A DNA stretch of 62,881 bases from an uncultured Methanotrichaceae archaeon. GTDB taxonomy: Archaea; Halobacteriota; Methanosarcinia; Methanotrichales; Methanotrichaceae. The notes under the pieces are model-generated. The model searched no databases. It had not been told where the DNA came from and saw only the letters and a list, made by a program, of their open reading frames with translations. This document shows positions 21,600 to 31,865 of this stretch, piece by piece. Each line of letters opens with the position of its first letter. The stretch's first letter is position 1. The stretch is from NCBI GenBank assembly GCA_964570975.1, contig CAZMZV010000001.1, forward strand, positions 5,084-67,964, written 5' to 3'. Both the position numbers and the translations under genes were made by a program.

Positions 21600-21713
21600 G
21601 CTGTGTTGAATAACGTTCAGAACTCCAATAGCAGAGGACCAATTCATACGAATAAAGATTTTGATAATAGTCGATATCTAGCGACCACATCGCCTCGAAT
21701 TATTCAACACAGC
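21600..21713 (+). mobile_element. MITE family C copy
   Basis: perfect 14-bp TIR gctgtgttgaataa/ttattcaacacagc. Confidence 0.85.
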
Positions 21714-21757
21714 ACATACACCCAATTCTTCATAAACCTCCACCCAAATCTCTATTT

Positions 21758-22216
21758 ATGCTTGAAGCTGCAAGAATGCTGGCAGACCTTCAGTTCGGCA
21801 GGGGTGCAGGCGCTGCGTTATTCCCCGATGGCACGAGATTTCAGCTCTCCAGCACGGGAAGGCTCAGATACCTTCTATGGGAGGATAAGCGGATAGCGAC
21901 CGTGCGAGCCACGGACTCTCATCTCACCCTGAGCCTTCTCGGTGCTGCGAGGCTTCACAGCGCAATTCCCTTCCCGAGGCTGAGGGTTGTCGCATCTCCG
22001 GAGGCGATACCTTTCGTCTCAAGGGGCAAGAACCTCTTCGCAAGGCACGTTATTTATGCCGATCAAGAGATAAGAGCTGGAGACGAAGTTATCGTGGTGG
22101 ACGAGAGCGACAGGCTTATCGCAACGGGGAGAGCCGTGCTCTCGCCGGATGAGATGCTTCAGATCAAACGGGGAGTGGCTGTATCGATAAGATACGGAAT
22201 TGAAGAGCATGGATAG
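21758..22216 (+). CDS. PUA-domain protein (ArcTGT C-terminal-like)
   Basis: ADLQFG, STGRLR, GKNLFARHV...IRAGDEVIVVD...ATG.A...GVAV..R. Confidence 0.88.
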   Translation: MLEAARMLADLQFGRGAGAALFPDGTRFQLSSTGRLRYLLWEDKRIATVRATDSHLTLSLLGAARLHSAIPFPRLRVVASPEAIPFVSRGKNLFARHVIYADQEIRAGDEVIVVDESDRLIATGRAVLSPDEMLQIKRGVAVSIRYGIEEHG

Positions 22217-23054
22217 CCTAGAGAAACTGGAAAGGCTTAAGCGGTCTCTTGCTCGCGAAGATGGCGTAGTGGTAGCGCTATCTGGGGGCGTGGATAGCAG
22301 CCTGCTCGCCGCCATAGCGAAGATGGTTCTGGGAGAGAAGGCCTTGGCGGTGATCCTCGACTCGCCCCTGATGCCGCGAAGGGAGCTAGAAGATGCGATA
22401 TCAATCGCAAAAACCATCGGAATTCGCTATACTGTAGAGGAGCATAAGCCTCTGGAGCTCTCGAGTGTGGCAGAAAACAAACGCGACAGATGCTATCACT
22501 GCAAGAAGTCCTCAGCTGAGATTCTCAAGAGCGTTGCCGAGCGTAATGGCATAAAGTGCATAGCCGATGGGGTCAATACAACAGACTACGAGGATTACCG
22601 GCCGGGTATAAGGGCATGCGATGAAGAGGGCATATCGCATCCGTTTGTCGAGGCTGGCATATCCAAATCGGACATACGGGAGATAGCGAGATACATGGGC
22701 ATGAATTTCTGGAATAAGCCTTCTGCTGCATGCCTCGCATCGCGGCTGCCTTATGGAACTCGCATAACCAGAGAAGCTCTGAGTAGAATCGAGGCTGCAG
22801 AAGATATGCTGAAAGAGACCGGCGTATCAGTTGTTCGCGTGAGAGCGCATGGTGATCTCGCCAGAATCGAGGTTAAACCTTCCGAGGTCGATGTGATCCT
22901 CCAGCACAAGGAGAAGATCGTGAGGGGTCTCAAGAATCTCGGATTCGTTTACGTCTCACTCGATCTCGAGGGATTCAGAAGCGGTAGCATGAACGAGAGC
23001 ACCGACCAGACGATCTCTTTTGTAGAATTGAATAGATGCCAGCGAGAATCATGA
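22200..23054 (+). CDS. larE: LarE-family ATP-dependent sulfur transferase
   Basis: SGGVDS PP-loop, RCYHCK, DYRPG, KPSAACLASR, GFRSGSMN. Confidence 0.9.
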   Translation: MKSMDSLEKLERLKRSLAREDGVVVALSGGVDSSLLAAIAKMVLGEKALAVILDSPLMPRRELEDAISIAKTIGIRYTVEEHKPLELSSVAENKRDRCYHCKKSSAEILKSVAERNGIKCIADGVNTTDYEDYRPGIRACDEEGISHPFVEAGISKSDIREIARYMGMNFWNKPSAACLASRLPYGTRITREALSRIEAAEDMLKETGVSVVRVRAHGDLARIEVKPSEVDVILQHKEKIVRGLKNLGFVYVSLDLEGFRSGSMNESTDQTISFVELNRCQRES

Positions 23055-23066
23055 CCACCAGCACCC

Positions 23067-23170
23067 GTGATATCCTCTCCGGCCTGAAGACCGGAGTCCT
23101 TGCGACCCCTACACCTTCATCTCTCTACACATAGACCGCAAACCTCGATCTTCAGGCTTGAGTGGAATCG
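23067..23170. repeat. Two family H hairpins back-to-back (23067-23112 minus, 23131-23170 plus)
   Basis: gtgatatcctctccggcctgaagaccggag...ctac and atagaccgcaaacctcgatcttcaggcttgag. Confidence 0.75.
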
Positions 23171-23224
23171 ATGCGTTGCTGGGAGATTTGAACACCGCTA
23201 TTCAGGCTGGGGAAAGCTTTCGCA

Positions 23225-25351
23225 TTATGCAGGAGTCTCGTTCCATTCCTTGATCTTCTCCCTTATCAGAGCCCTGCACCTCTGCGGATCGGCCGATACC
23301 ATCTCCCTCTGAACCCACTCGGGCAGATACATTCGCACTCCTCCCAGGCCGGTCGAGACAAACCTGCTATCGCACAGGAGTATAATGCCCCTCTCGCTCT
23401 CGGCCCTTATGACCCTCCCCGCGGCCTGCAGACCTCTATTTATGGCTGGCAGAGTATATGCTATCAGAGTCCCCCTCTTCTTGCCGTATTTCCGTGTGTA
23501 GTATGAGATAACCTCCTTCTGGATATCATCGAAGACGGATAGCGGAAGCCCCACGACGGCCACCCCATTGAGGGCTTCGCCCTTGTAGTCTATGCCCTCA
23601 GCTAGCTTTCCTCCTGACACGCCGAGAAGGACTGCGCCCCTGCGCCTTCCAGCCTCGAAGAACTCCTCCAGGATCGCTGGAACCTCCTCTGCAGACCTCG
23701 GCTCTGTGAATATCTGCTTTCTGGCGCTTCTTGCGAAGCTGCTGCATATTTCTCGATAAGATGACATCATCGGATATGATGTGAAGAATACGGCGACGTT
23801 GCCGGGCACCTCCTCTATCAGAGCGCCGATATAGGCAGAGATGAGCCGCCTGTTGTCCGGATTCTCCCTAGCGCTCAGCTGAGTAGTAGCCTTCTCAGCT
23901 CCTATAATCAGGCGATTCTTCTCGGGGAAGGGATTTGGCAGGATGATCTTTCTGGCACGGCCCGCTTCTCCCAGGCAGTAGAGCTCGTAGGCATCTATGG
24001 GCGAGAGCGTGCCGCTCAGCATCAGCGTTGCGTTTACGTTATCTACAACCCTTCTTATCACAGGAGCCGGATCGATCTTCGTGATCTCAAGCCGCGTCCA
24101 TCGCCTATCCCCTGCTGAAGTGGTGACGATCTTTCTCTGGTATGAGGGATCGTGCTCCGCTTCCTCCATCTCGCGCAGAAACATGACCACGGATGCGAGA
24201 CTTGGCTGAAGATCCCCGTATAAAGTCTCATAATCGCTCTCTGCGAGCTTCATCTCGGCTATCGCAACAGCTATATCGCTCAGATATGAGAGCGCGAGAT
24301 CGACATCCTCCACGCCTTCGTAGACATACTGCCTGAAGATCTCTCCATCGAGAAGCGCCTCTCCTTCCTTCGATCTGGCATCCTTCGTGGCTATGAACTT
24401 CTTGATTCTGGGTATGAGCTGCCTCGCGGTCTTTAGCCCCTCCCTCCGCCAGTCGTGATGCTCCTCTCCTAGCTTGGCCTGGCCCAGAGCCTTCTCGAAC
24501 CTCTCGATCTCCCGCTCGGCCAGCTCCAACATTCTGGTCGTGAGCACCCTCGTGTTCATCTCCCTGACAGCGTCCCCGAGGTTATGCGCCTCGTCCACTA
24601 TCACCGTGAGGCGCTCCTGCTCAAGATCCAGCCACTGGAGTATGGCGTCCTGAAAATCCGGGCTGAATAGATGGTGATAGTTCAATATGACAACGTCACT
24701 GCTTTTTGCATGGAGTGACATGACCTCGTAGGGGCAGGTTTTTTTGCATACGCTCTCCAGACTGTCCACGGGCACTATCCTTCTGCCCAGCATCTCAGCC
24801 GCATTTACCGCTGACGAGGAGTACCGAAAATAGACCTTTCCATTGATATCAAATGCCTCTTTGCTCCTCACATAGTATGGGCAGAAGGTTCTCTCCCCAG
24901 GTGTCTCCTCCGGTATTTCATCACGCGAGGGATCGTACACCTCACTACGACTCCTCTGGAGCTTGGAGGCCATGTAGCTCTTCGATCCCTCTCTGAGCCT
25001 CATGCAGGCGTAGTATATGCTCTCCCCTCTGATCTCATCCGCAAGCGGACATGCCTTTTGCTTTCCTATGAGGTATGAGACCGTGGGTTTGTGTCTGGTG
25101 TTGGACCATATCCTCCCTAATTCAGCTAGATATACGCCTATCTGGCTCACAGTTCTGATGGCGACTGCTATCTTTCCCGGTGCGGCTGCAAGCGCGGCAG
25201 ATATACAGCTGGTCTTTCCAGAGCCGGTAGGCGCGTCTATCATGAGAACCGCATGGTTGCCGGTTGAGACCGTCTCGTAGACCGCATCGAGCATCTTATC
25301 CTGATGGGGTCGAAGCGATGGATAGGGAATATAGTCAAGATACACAGCCAA
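23225..25351 (-). CDS. XPD/Rad3/DinG-family DNA helicase
   Basis: APTGSGKT, Fe-S cysteines (CP..C, CPY), VDEAHN, SGTL, FTSY, EGIDY, QAAGRVIR. Confidence 0.93.
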   Translation of the reverse strand: MAVYLDYIPYPSLRPHQDKMLDAVYETVSTGNHAVLMIDAPTGSGKTSCISAALAAAPGKIAVAIRTVSQIGVYLAELGRIWSNTRHKPTVSYLIGKQKACPLADEIRGESIYYACMRLREGSKSYMASKLQRSRSEVYDPSRDEIPEETPGERTFCPYYVRSKEAFDINGKVYFRYSSSAVNAAEMLGRRIVPVDSLESVCKKTCPYEVMSLHAKSSDVVILNYHHLFSPDFQDAILQWLDLEQERLTVIVDEAHNLGDAVREMNTRVLTTRMLELAEREIERFEKALGQAKLGEEHHDWRREGLKTARQLIPRIKKFIATKDARSKEGEALLDGEIFRQYVYEGVEDVDLALSYLSDIAVAIAEMKLAESDYETLYGDLQPSLASVVMFLREMEEAEHDPSYQRKIVTTSAGDRRWTRLEITKIDPAPVIRRVVDNVNATLMLSGTLSPIDAYELYCLGEAGRARKIILPNPFPEKNRLIIGAEKATTQLSARENPDNRRLISAYIGALIEEVPGNVAVFFTSYPMMSSYREICSSFARSARKQIFTEPRSAEEVPAILEEFFEAGRRRGAVLLGVSGGKLAEGIDYKGEALNGVAVVGLPLSVFDDIQKEVISYYTRKYGKKRGTLIAYTLPAINRGLQAAGRVIRAESERGIILLCDSRFVSTGLGGVRMYLPEWVQREMVSADPQRCRALIREKIKEWNETPA

Positions 25352-25396
25352 TCCCCTCGATCTTTTAGAAGATAAAACCTTGCTGCAAGAGCTTGT

Positions 25397-26569
25397 TCAT
25401 GTAATACTAAAGAAAGATGATAGTGTCGTCTGATACGAGAACGACTTTGAGTAGCTCTTCCATTCGATCGCCTTTGTTCGCATTCGATCCTCAGCGGATC
25501 TTATTGCGGCATCCAGCGAATCGAATCTCTCAGGCTCGGATGCAAGCGCCGATCTTGCTGCATCCCTGACGACCCAGACGCCGAGAGGTGCCCAGTACTC
25601 CTCTGTTATCTCCCGGAGCGCCAGAACACGCGCTTGCCTTCCAGCCCTGCAGAGGTGCTCCAATACGGGAAGACGTGCCGCATAATATCCGCCTGCCAGC
25701 GGGCTGTAAGATTTCTTGCCTGCCGGCCCCTCCCTGTCAGAGCCAATCCATCTCCTCTCTGGCGACCACGCTGATCCCTGATGCCATATCTCTATGAGCT
25801 CGAACGAATACGCGCCCGGCATCAGTATTATCTCGAAATGGTTGCCGAGGATGCCGCCGGAGTAAAGCTCGTAACTCCCGAGCTCTGGCATGTCGATAAT
25901 GCGATCGCGCAGGGCATTGCCTATTATATCATCAGATGCTGTTATCGCCCACCTCGTCGGAACAAGCCTGCGATCTCGTCCCAAAAGCCCTATGGAGAGA
26001 AGCCTCGAGAGGTATTCCACTCCAACTGAGGATCTGTAGAGCTCATAGGCTGCATCATGCGTCTTCACATCCGTATCGCCGATGATCCTATCGACCTTCC
26101 TTGGAACAGCGGGATTGCCTGTTATCTCTATATCCTCAACCCTACCACCTGGACCCATAGGCGATAGAACGCCATCGAAAACCAAGCGACCTTCTGGAGG
26201 TTTTTCGAATGCGACCTCTGTCTCGACAGGTAGGCTCGACATGGCGATGAGCTGCGCATTCTCCAGCAGCCTGCCCTGTCGCCGTGCATCATCAACATGC
26301 ACCACCAGCTCAGACCTGATCATTCTGGTTCTCTGCGAGATGATCTCCTTTATATCGAGAGGGACATCTTTTGAGATCTCGCCAACTGGCAGCAGCGGAC
26401 CTGCTCTGACGATCGGATATCCATGCCTTCCGACGAAGATCTCGGGCGGAGATTCCCCTGCCAGTCTCTCCCCTAGGCGTGGGAGCGAGACTAGATTCTC
26501 CATTTTCACCAACAAAGGACATACAGGTCGGCCGCAGAGGCCGCGGCCTTTACATGTTATGCACTTCAT
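25397..26569 (-). CDS. nreA: Nre-family DNA repair protein
   Basis: CxxCKG..LCG..CP, LVPTRWAITA.D, GGYYAAR, PLGVWVVR, C-terminal PIP box QTTLSSFF. Confidence 0.9.
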   Translation of the reverse strand: MKCITCKGRGLCGRPVCPLLVKMENLVSLPRLGERLAGESPPEIFVGRHGYPIVRAGPLLPVGEISKDVPLDIKEIISQRTRMIRSELVVHVDDARRQGRLLENAQLIAMSSLPVETEVAFEKPPEGRLVFDGVLSPMGPGGRVEDIEITGNPAVPRKVDRIIGDTDVKTHDAAYELYRSSVGVEYLSRLLSIGLLGRDRRLVPTRWAITASDDIIGNALRDRIIDMPELGSYELYSGGILGNHFEIILMPGAYSFELIEIWHQGSAWSPERRWIGSDREGPAGKKSYSPLAGGYYAARLPVLEHLCRAGRQARVLALREITEEYWAPLGVWVVRDAARSALASEPERFDSLDAAIRSAEDRMRTKAIEWKSYSKSFSYQTTLSSFFSIT

Positions 26570-26741
26570 TCTACATCAATATCTACGACGAGGCTGTATT
26601 TGAAGGTGGACGTCACCTGGCCTGAAGTAGCAGAGAGGAGATGTAGAGAGGATAGACCATAAAAACGTCATAGAGGCATAGTGTATGGCTATTTATGAAG
26701 AACCTCGGTATGCAATCGCCGACAAACCAACATCAAAAGGT

Positions 26742-29357
26742 TCAGGAGGGTTTAGCCCCCTCTCTGATCCTCTCTATATCCCTCCTGAGATCTTCGCTCA
26801 TGCTCACGCCCTCGAGGTCTTGCTGGGCCAATCCCTGCAAGGTCGCTCGGTCGTACTTTATGCCGTCCAGCTTGGCCCCACTTAGCTTCACATTGGTGAA
26901 TCCGACCGAGTTGAGCTCGGCGCCTCTCAGATCGGCTCCAATCAGGCTAACGTTTGTGAGGAATACACCGATCGCCTTTACCCTTCTCAGGTCTGCCCTG
27001 CTCAGATCGGAATTCTCGAACATGACCCCTTTCAGGATCGCGTTCTTAAGAACGCTCGCTTCCATTCGGGCTCCATCTATGTAGAGAGCCTCAAAACGAG
27101 AATTCGAGAGATCTGCATTGCTTAAGTCTGCATCTTCGAGATTGACCCTATGAAGTACTATATCGTTCATCTTCGCGCCTGTGAGATTCGAGCCGCTGAA
27201 ATCGGCATCATCGAGCTTTGCATCCGTGAGATCCGCATCTCTGAGATCCGCTCTGACCACATATGCTCTTATGAGATCTGCACCGCTCAGGTCGGCCCCG
27301 CTCAGATTGGCTCCGAACAACTCCGCTCTGGTGAGAAGACTTCGTGACAGCCTGCTCTTGCTGAGATCCACCCAGTTCGCCCTTACGCCGAGCATATTAG
27401 CTCTTGTCATGACCATGTCATTCATCATCGCCTGGGTGATCTCCGCGCCAACCAGCCTGGCACCGCTCAGATCCGCGCCTTCCATTAAGACATTGACCAA
27501 TCTGGCGTTGGTCAAATCAGCTCCTCTCATATCAGCCCAGGAAAGATCGGACCCTGTGAGATCGGCGCCTTTAAGGCTTGATGATACCAGAGAAGCGCCT
27601 CTTAAGTTCGCCTTAAAAAGCATAGAAGAGTCAAGCTTTGCATTGCTCAGGTTCGCACCGCTCAGATCTGTGAAAAGCATACAGCAGCGTCTTATATCTG
27701 AGAAGGAGAGATCCGCGCGCGAGAGGTTCGCACCAGAGATATTCGAGCGCTTCATAATCGCGCCGACGAGCACAGAGCTTGAGAGGTCTGTATCTCTCAG
27801 TACAGCATCCTCCATTGATACATTTCTTAGAGTCGTGGATCTAAAGATCGCGCGATACATATCTATTCCTGAGAGCTCCGACTCACTGAAGTCCGCACCT
27901 GAACAGTTCGCATGCCGGAGAATAACACGTGAGAGTAGGGCGTTTTTTACAGATGCACCCCTCAAGTCGCAGCCGACCATGGTAGAGCCATTTAGAGTCG
28001 CTCCATCCATCGTCGCATCGATCAGAACTGCGCCGTTAAGGCGAGCATTCTCGATACAAGCTCCGCTGAGATCCGCGTCGCTCATATCGCTTCCTATGAG
28101 ATTGGCGCCAACGAGCATCGAGCCTCTCAGAATCGCCCCCACGAGCTTTGAGCTGTGAAGATCGGCCCCCTCAAGATCCGCGTAACTTAAATTCGCATAG
28201 CTCAGATTCGCATCGTATACCATGCTGTACCTGAGATGTGCACCCGTGAGATTCGTCTTGCTGAGATCCGAGCCGTTGAGGTACGTCTGATTTAGACTCG
28301 AGAAGCTTATGTCATGCCTGCTGAGATTCTTCCAGCTCAGGTCTGACCTGTCATGGAAAGGCTGGTTTATTATAATGCTACCTTCTGGTACAGAGCATGG
28401 GGATATCCCGAACCTTCTAAGCTCCACTATATCGAACATGTATACATTTGGGCTGTTATCGATCACAGGTATGCTGTCAGGATCCTCGCCGCGCAGAATT
28501 CTTGCAGCTATTTCAGCGGCCTTCTCGCCCTGTGCCTCTCCACTGCTAAGATTACCACCGATGATTCCATGCCCGAGACACATCTTCCAGACGCCATAGA
28601 CTGGGACAGGGCTTGCCTTTCTCACGAGCTCGGCGCTCTCCTCGTAATTGAATATCTCTCCTTTAGCATCCCTGTTAAATGTCAGAAGCAGAACAAGCGC
28701 ATCCTGATCTAGCTGCGAGAGATTCTGTCTCAACTCCTCTGCTGTGAGGTTATCGAGAACTGCGAATCTCGTCCTGTTGAACCTGGGAATCACATTATCT
28801 AAGATTCTCCGGTTTGCTCTTCCTGTTGTGGAATTGTCGTTTACAACCACTATCTTCGTGGCATTGGGATGAAGCCTGAGCATGAGGTTTATCGTGTCTT
28901 CAATGCTCACGTTGAGAAGTACACCTGTGAATCCCCTGACGCCTTGTAGCATGCTTGAATCGAAGTTCTTCACGCCACAGAAGACGACGGGGGTTCCTGG
29001 AAAGAGCTCGTCTCTATTTTTTAGAAGGAACCTGAATGCATCATCATCTGAGGAGATTATGACATCGAAGTGCTTGTTTCTATACCTCTCAGCGTACAGC
29101 TCCTTCAGCTCCTCCAGACGGGCCTCGCTGGGGTACAACTTCTTGGTGTCCATGTACTCGACTGTGAGGTTCGCAGATGGTCTATCGATGGCAAGCCTGA
29201 GGCGCACGCCGTTGGTCACATCATCTGTCCAAGCCATTCCAGGATTGTAGGAGTTTATCAGAAGCACCTCCTCAGATCGAACTCCTGTAACAAAGAGCAG
29301 AAGCAGAACTGCAAACAAGAGATGTATCCTCATGCCCAACACCATATCTACTTTCAA
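26742..29357 (-). CDS. Secreted substrate-binding-like domain fused to a long pentapeptide-repeat tract
   Basis: signal peptide; VLLINSY...WT, SDDDA, PVVFCG, G.IGG sensor-type domain; ~500 aa of A(D/N)Lxx repeats; start may be 29333. Confidence 0.9.
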   Translation of the reverse strand: MKVDMVLGMRIHLLFAVLLLLFVTGVRSEEVLLINSYNPGMAWTDDVTNGVRLRLAIDRPSANLTVEYMDTKKLYPSEARLEELKELYAERYRNKHFDVIISSDDDAFRFLLKNRDELFPGTPVVFCGVKNFDSSMLQGVRGFTGVLLNVSIEDTINLMLRLHPNATKIVVVNDNSTTGRANRRILDNVIPRFNRTRFAVLDNLTAEELRQNLSQLDQDALVLLLTFNRDAKGEIFNYEESAELVRKASPVPVYGVWKMCLGHGIIGGNLSSGEAQGEKAAEIAARILRGEDPDSIPVIDNSPNVYMFDIVELRRFGISPCSVPEGSIIINQPFHDRSDLSWKNLSRHDISFSSLNQTYLNGSDLSKTNLTGAHLRYSMVYDANLSYANLSYADLEGADLHSSKLVGAILRGSMLVGANLIGSDMSDADLSGACIENARLNGAVLIDATMDGATLNGSTMVGCDLRGASVKNALLSRVILRHANCSGADFSESELSGIDMYRAIFRSTTLRNVSMEDAVLRDTDLSSSVLVGAIMKRSNISGANLSRADLSFSDIRRCCMLFTDLSGANLSNAKLDSSMLFKANLRGASLVSSSLKGADLTGSDLSWADMRGADLTNARLVNVLMEGADLSGARLVGAEITQAMMNDMVMTRANMLGVRANWVDLSKSRLSRSLLTRAELFGANLSGADLSGADLIRAYVVRADLRDADLTDAKLDDADFSGSNLTGAKMNDIVLHRVNLEDADLSNADLSNSRFEALYIDGARMEASVLKNAILKGVMFENSDLSRADLRRVKAIGVFLTNVSLIGADLRGAELNSVGFTNVKLSGAKLDGIKYDRATLQGLAQQDLEGVSMSEDLRRDIERIREGAKPS

Positions 29358-29388
29358 AAAGCTGGTATTAAGACTTTATCAATGCAGT

Positions 29389-29501
29389 GCTGTGTCGGAT
29401 GATGTTCCGAGATCCAATGGCAGGGGCCAATTCACACGAATCAAAAATCTAATAAGAATCGATATCTTGCGACCATATCGCCTCGAATTGTTCGACACAG
29501 C
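29389..29501 (+). mobile_element. MITE family C copy
   Basis: gctgtgtcgga...ttcgacacagc; internally similar to 21600-21713. Confidence 0.8.
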
Positions 29502-29508
29502 AAATACC

Positions 29509-29598
29509 GGACCTGTCCGGATAAGCGCTGAGGCAAGAAATTTGGACCTTTACCGCTTCTGCATATCAGAAACACTTGATCCTTATTCGGACAGGTCC
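29509..29598 (+). mobile_element. MITE family A copy (best preserved)
   Basis: 17-bp TIR with one mismatch; perfect 8-bp TSD caaatacc at 29501-29508 and 29599-29606. Confidence 0.93.
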
Positions 29599-29646
29599 CA
29601 AATACCGGAGAAAATTTTTATAGGATAGTTTGAAACCATTTCATGA

Positions 29647-30555
29647 ATGTCTTTGCGCTATTGCCTTCTATGCACAGCCCTTCTGGTCGCTCTTCTTGTT
29701 CTTTTATCGGATATAGCTCTATCCTGGCGGAGCATGGAGATCGTTGAGCATGATACAGGCTGGACCACAGGAAGACGGTTTACAATGAACCTCTCGATGG
29801 ACCTCTATGGATATGCAGTCGGCTCAGGAGATCACAGCAGATATACAGAGATCGATATGAATCACGTCAGCATGCATGAGCGCATATCCTCTAAGAAGGG
29901 CAAGATGGAGTCCGAGGAGCGCATAGCTCTAGAGGCAGCTGGCGATAATGTAAATACCACATCTTCTCTGGTCAAAATACCCGGGACGCAGAATTATGTG
30001 CTCTCAGCGAACGAGATCTGGCCGGTATCTCTAAGCGCATCCCGCATCATGGATTACAGAGGCGCTGGGATCTCGGACAGAGAGGTATTCGGCAACAACC
30101 TGGATTACGTAGGGACATCATATCTATACACAGAAGATCTGAGAAAAGAGCGCGTATGCGGGATGGATCTCAGAAGCGCCTGGTTCCAGCTGGAAATGAA
30201 CGATTCCACAGATACCGTGATATCGGATCTCTTCCGTCCGAACAAGGATATATATTATACCATAAAATCGCATTCCACAGGGCTGGTACATCAGAGGTAC
30301 AAGCAGTACTCGGATAAAGCTCCAGCCCTCGAGGGTTTCGAATCATACTGGGGAAGCTTCGATATAAGTTCGACCATCGACATGAGCGCTAGGGGCAAGA
30401 GGCTTGCTCTTGAGGAGTCATATGTGGGGAAGAACACTTATGATGCTGTCGCTGTAGAAGAGGTTCCGCCAGAATGGCTACCGTGCTGCGTGCTAGATCC
30501 TCTTTATTTAAGATACAGCTGTCTATGGAGTTGCTCGGTCAGAGGTGGCGAATGA
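29647..30555 (+). CDS. Secreted hypothetical protein
   Basis: 302-aa ORF with signal peptide and Cys-rich tail. Confidence 0.75.
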   Translation: MSLRYCLLCTALLVALLVLLSDIALSWRSMEIVEHDTGWTTGRRFTMNLSMDLYGYAVGSGDHSRYTEIDMNHVSMHERISSKKGKMESEERIALEAAGDNVNTTSSLVKIPGTQNYVLSANEIWPVSLSASRIMDYRGAGISDREVFGNNLDYVGTSYLYTEDLRKERVCGMDLRSAWFQLEMNDSTDTVISDLFRPNKDIYYTIKSHSTGLVHQRYKQYSDKAPALEGFESYWGSFDISSTIDMSARGKRLALEESYVGKNTYDAVAVEEVPPEWLPCCVLDPLYLRYSCLWSCSVRGGE

Positions 30556-31730
30556 AAAGCATACTGGTGGTTTTATTTGTCCTATTGGCAGGGATGTCGA
30601 ATGCATCAGCGTACATCTCGATGCAGTACAATGACGGCATACCGGAGGATGGTATATGGCTGGGCGATGGCCGGGGGCATGCGGTGCTCTTCTCGCCTCC
30701 AGATAATTGGACTCTATCCAAGATCGCTGTCTGTGGGATGTTAAACAGCGAGGGTGTCTTCATACTGGAGGTATGGGATAAAGATCTCAACCTGATCCAT
30801 AGAACAACAGATCTCGCCGGCGCTTATTTCGGCCGCAACCTCAGCTGGGCTGAGATAGACATTCCGGATGTTAAATTAAACGATACGTTCTTCATAGTGC
30901 TCTTCGAGTTCTCGACGATCTTTGTCGGTATCGATGAAAACACCACGTTAAATCGCTCTTTTCTGGCAGGCAGAAACCCAAATATGCTTTTGAATCAGCT
31001 TCAGGAGGGCGAATGGATGATAGCGGCTCTCGGTCGGGTCTCATCGCGCCCGCCATCGATAAAAGCATCGTATCATGATTCCCCCGATGGCGTATCGATC
31101 GAGGCGATCGCCACGGATCCAGATGGCGATCTTACAGGCGTCTCTCTCTACATTATAGATAACGAGAGCAATGAGGTTGTATGGATGGATAATGCCGCTG
31201 CGAGCGGAAATGAATCTGTGGTCGGGTTTCTCTGGCCTAGGATAACCTACAGCGTCAGCAACGGCTCAGATAGCGTGTTTCCGCTTGTTGCTGTTAAGAC
31301 GAAAGAGATCGATGAGAACCTCTCCAGGTATCTGCGCTACTCTGCTCCATGCCTTCTAAACATAACAGAATCGGGGCCGTATTCAGATGCCCTGGCGTAT
31401 TTCGGAGAGGACTACGAGTTACATGCGCTCGAAAGCACCGACGGCTTTATCCATTACCTCTCAGAGGAGCTCTTCAAAGCCATAAAGCCAGGAGCGCGCT
31501 ACTCCGATTATATAAGGAATAATATAACGATCATCGAGGGGAGAAGCTCTCTCCGATTCCTCTCGATGGGCGAGACTCTGAGTTTACACCGGCCGTTGTA
31601 TCTCACCAGATCCCCACTGCATCATTACGATCTGCGATTGAAGAAAGAAGCGGCAAAATCAAATTACACCATCCTGCTTATTGCTTCCGATGTTTACGGT
31701 AATACCGCAAGAAGTGCTCAGCCTATGTGA
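30552..31730 (+). CDS. Secreted hypothetical protein
   Basis: MKSILVVLFVLL signal peptide; ATGA overlap with the upstream stop; GAGGTG SD. Confidence 0.78.
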   Translation: MKSILVVLFVLLAGMSNASAYISMQYNDGIPEDGIWLGDGRGHAVLFSPPDNWTLSKIAVCGMLNSEGVFILEVWDKDLNLIHRTTDLAGAYFGRNLSWAEIDIPDVKLNDTFFIVLFEFSTIFVGIDENTTLNRSFLAGRNPNMLLNQLQEGEWMIAALGRVSSRPPSIKASYHDSPDGVSIEAIATDPDGDLTGVSLYIIDNESNEVVWMDNAAASGNESVVGFLWPRITYSVSNGSDSVFPLVAVKTKEIDENLSRYLRYSAPCLLNITESGPYSDALAYFGEDYELHALESTDGFIHYLSEELFKAIKPGARYSDYIRNNITIIEGRSSLRFLSMGETLSLHRPLYLTRSPLHHYDLRLKKEAAKSNYTILLIASDVYGNTARSAQPM

Positions 31731-31865
31731 ACTCTCCAGCTTCAGGCCGGAATCTTCCCGATGTATCTAAAGCTATGGGATTTATGCATAAGAAAGGAAT
31801 AGCTACAAAGCGTGTCCCTCTGCCAGTATCTGATCCAAAGGCTCGACGGGCATTTGCGTACTGCA

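Noticed and set aside
23172..23220. tRNA-like 3' half on the minus strand (gttcaaatc...caacgca)
   Set aside because: T-stem has two mismatches and there is no 5' half (it runs into the helicase stop); at best a decayed fragment
27181..28158. Long antisense ORFs (also 54620-55534, 50577-51293, 46660-47376, 57967-58812)
   Set aside because: Shadows of well-supported genes on the opposite strand; no recognisable motifs
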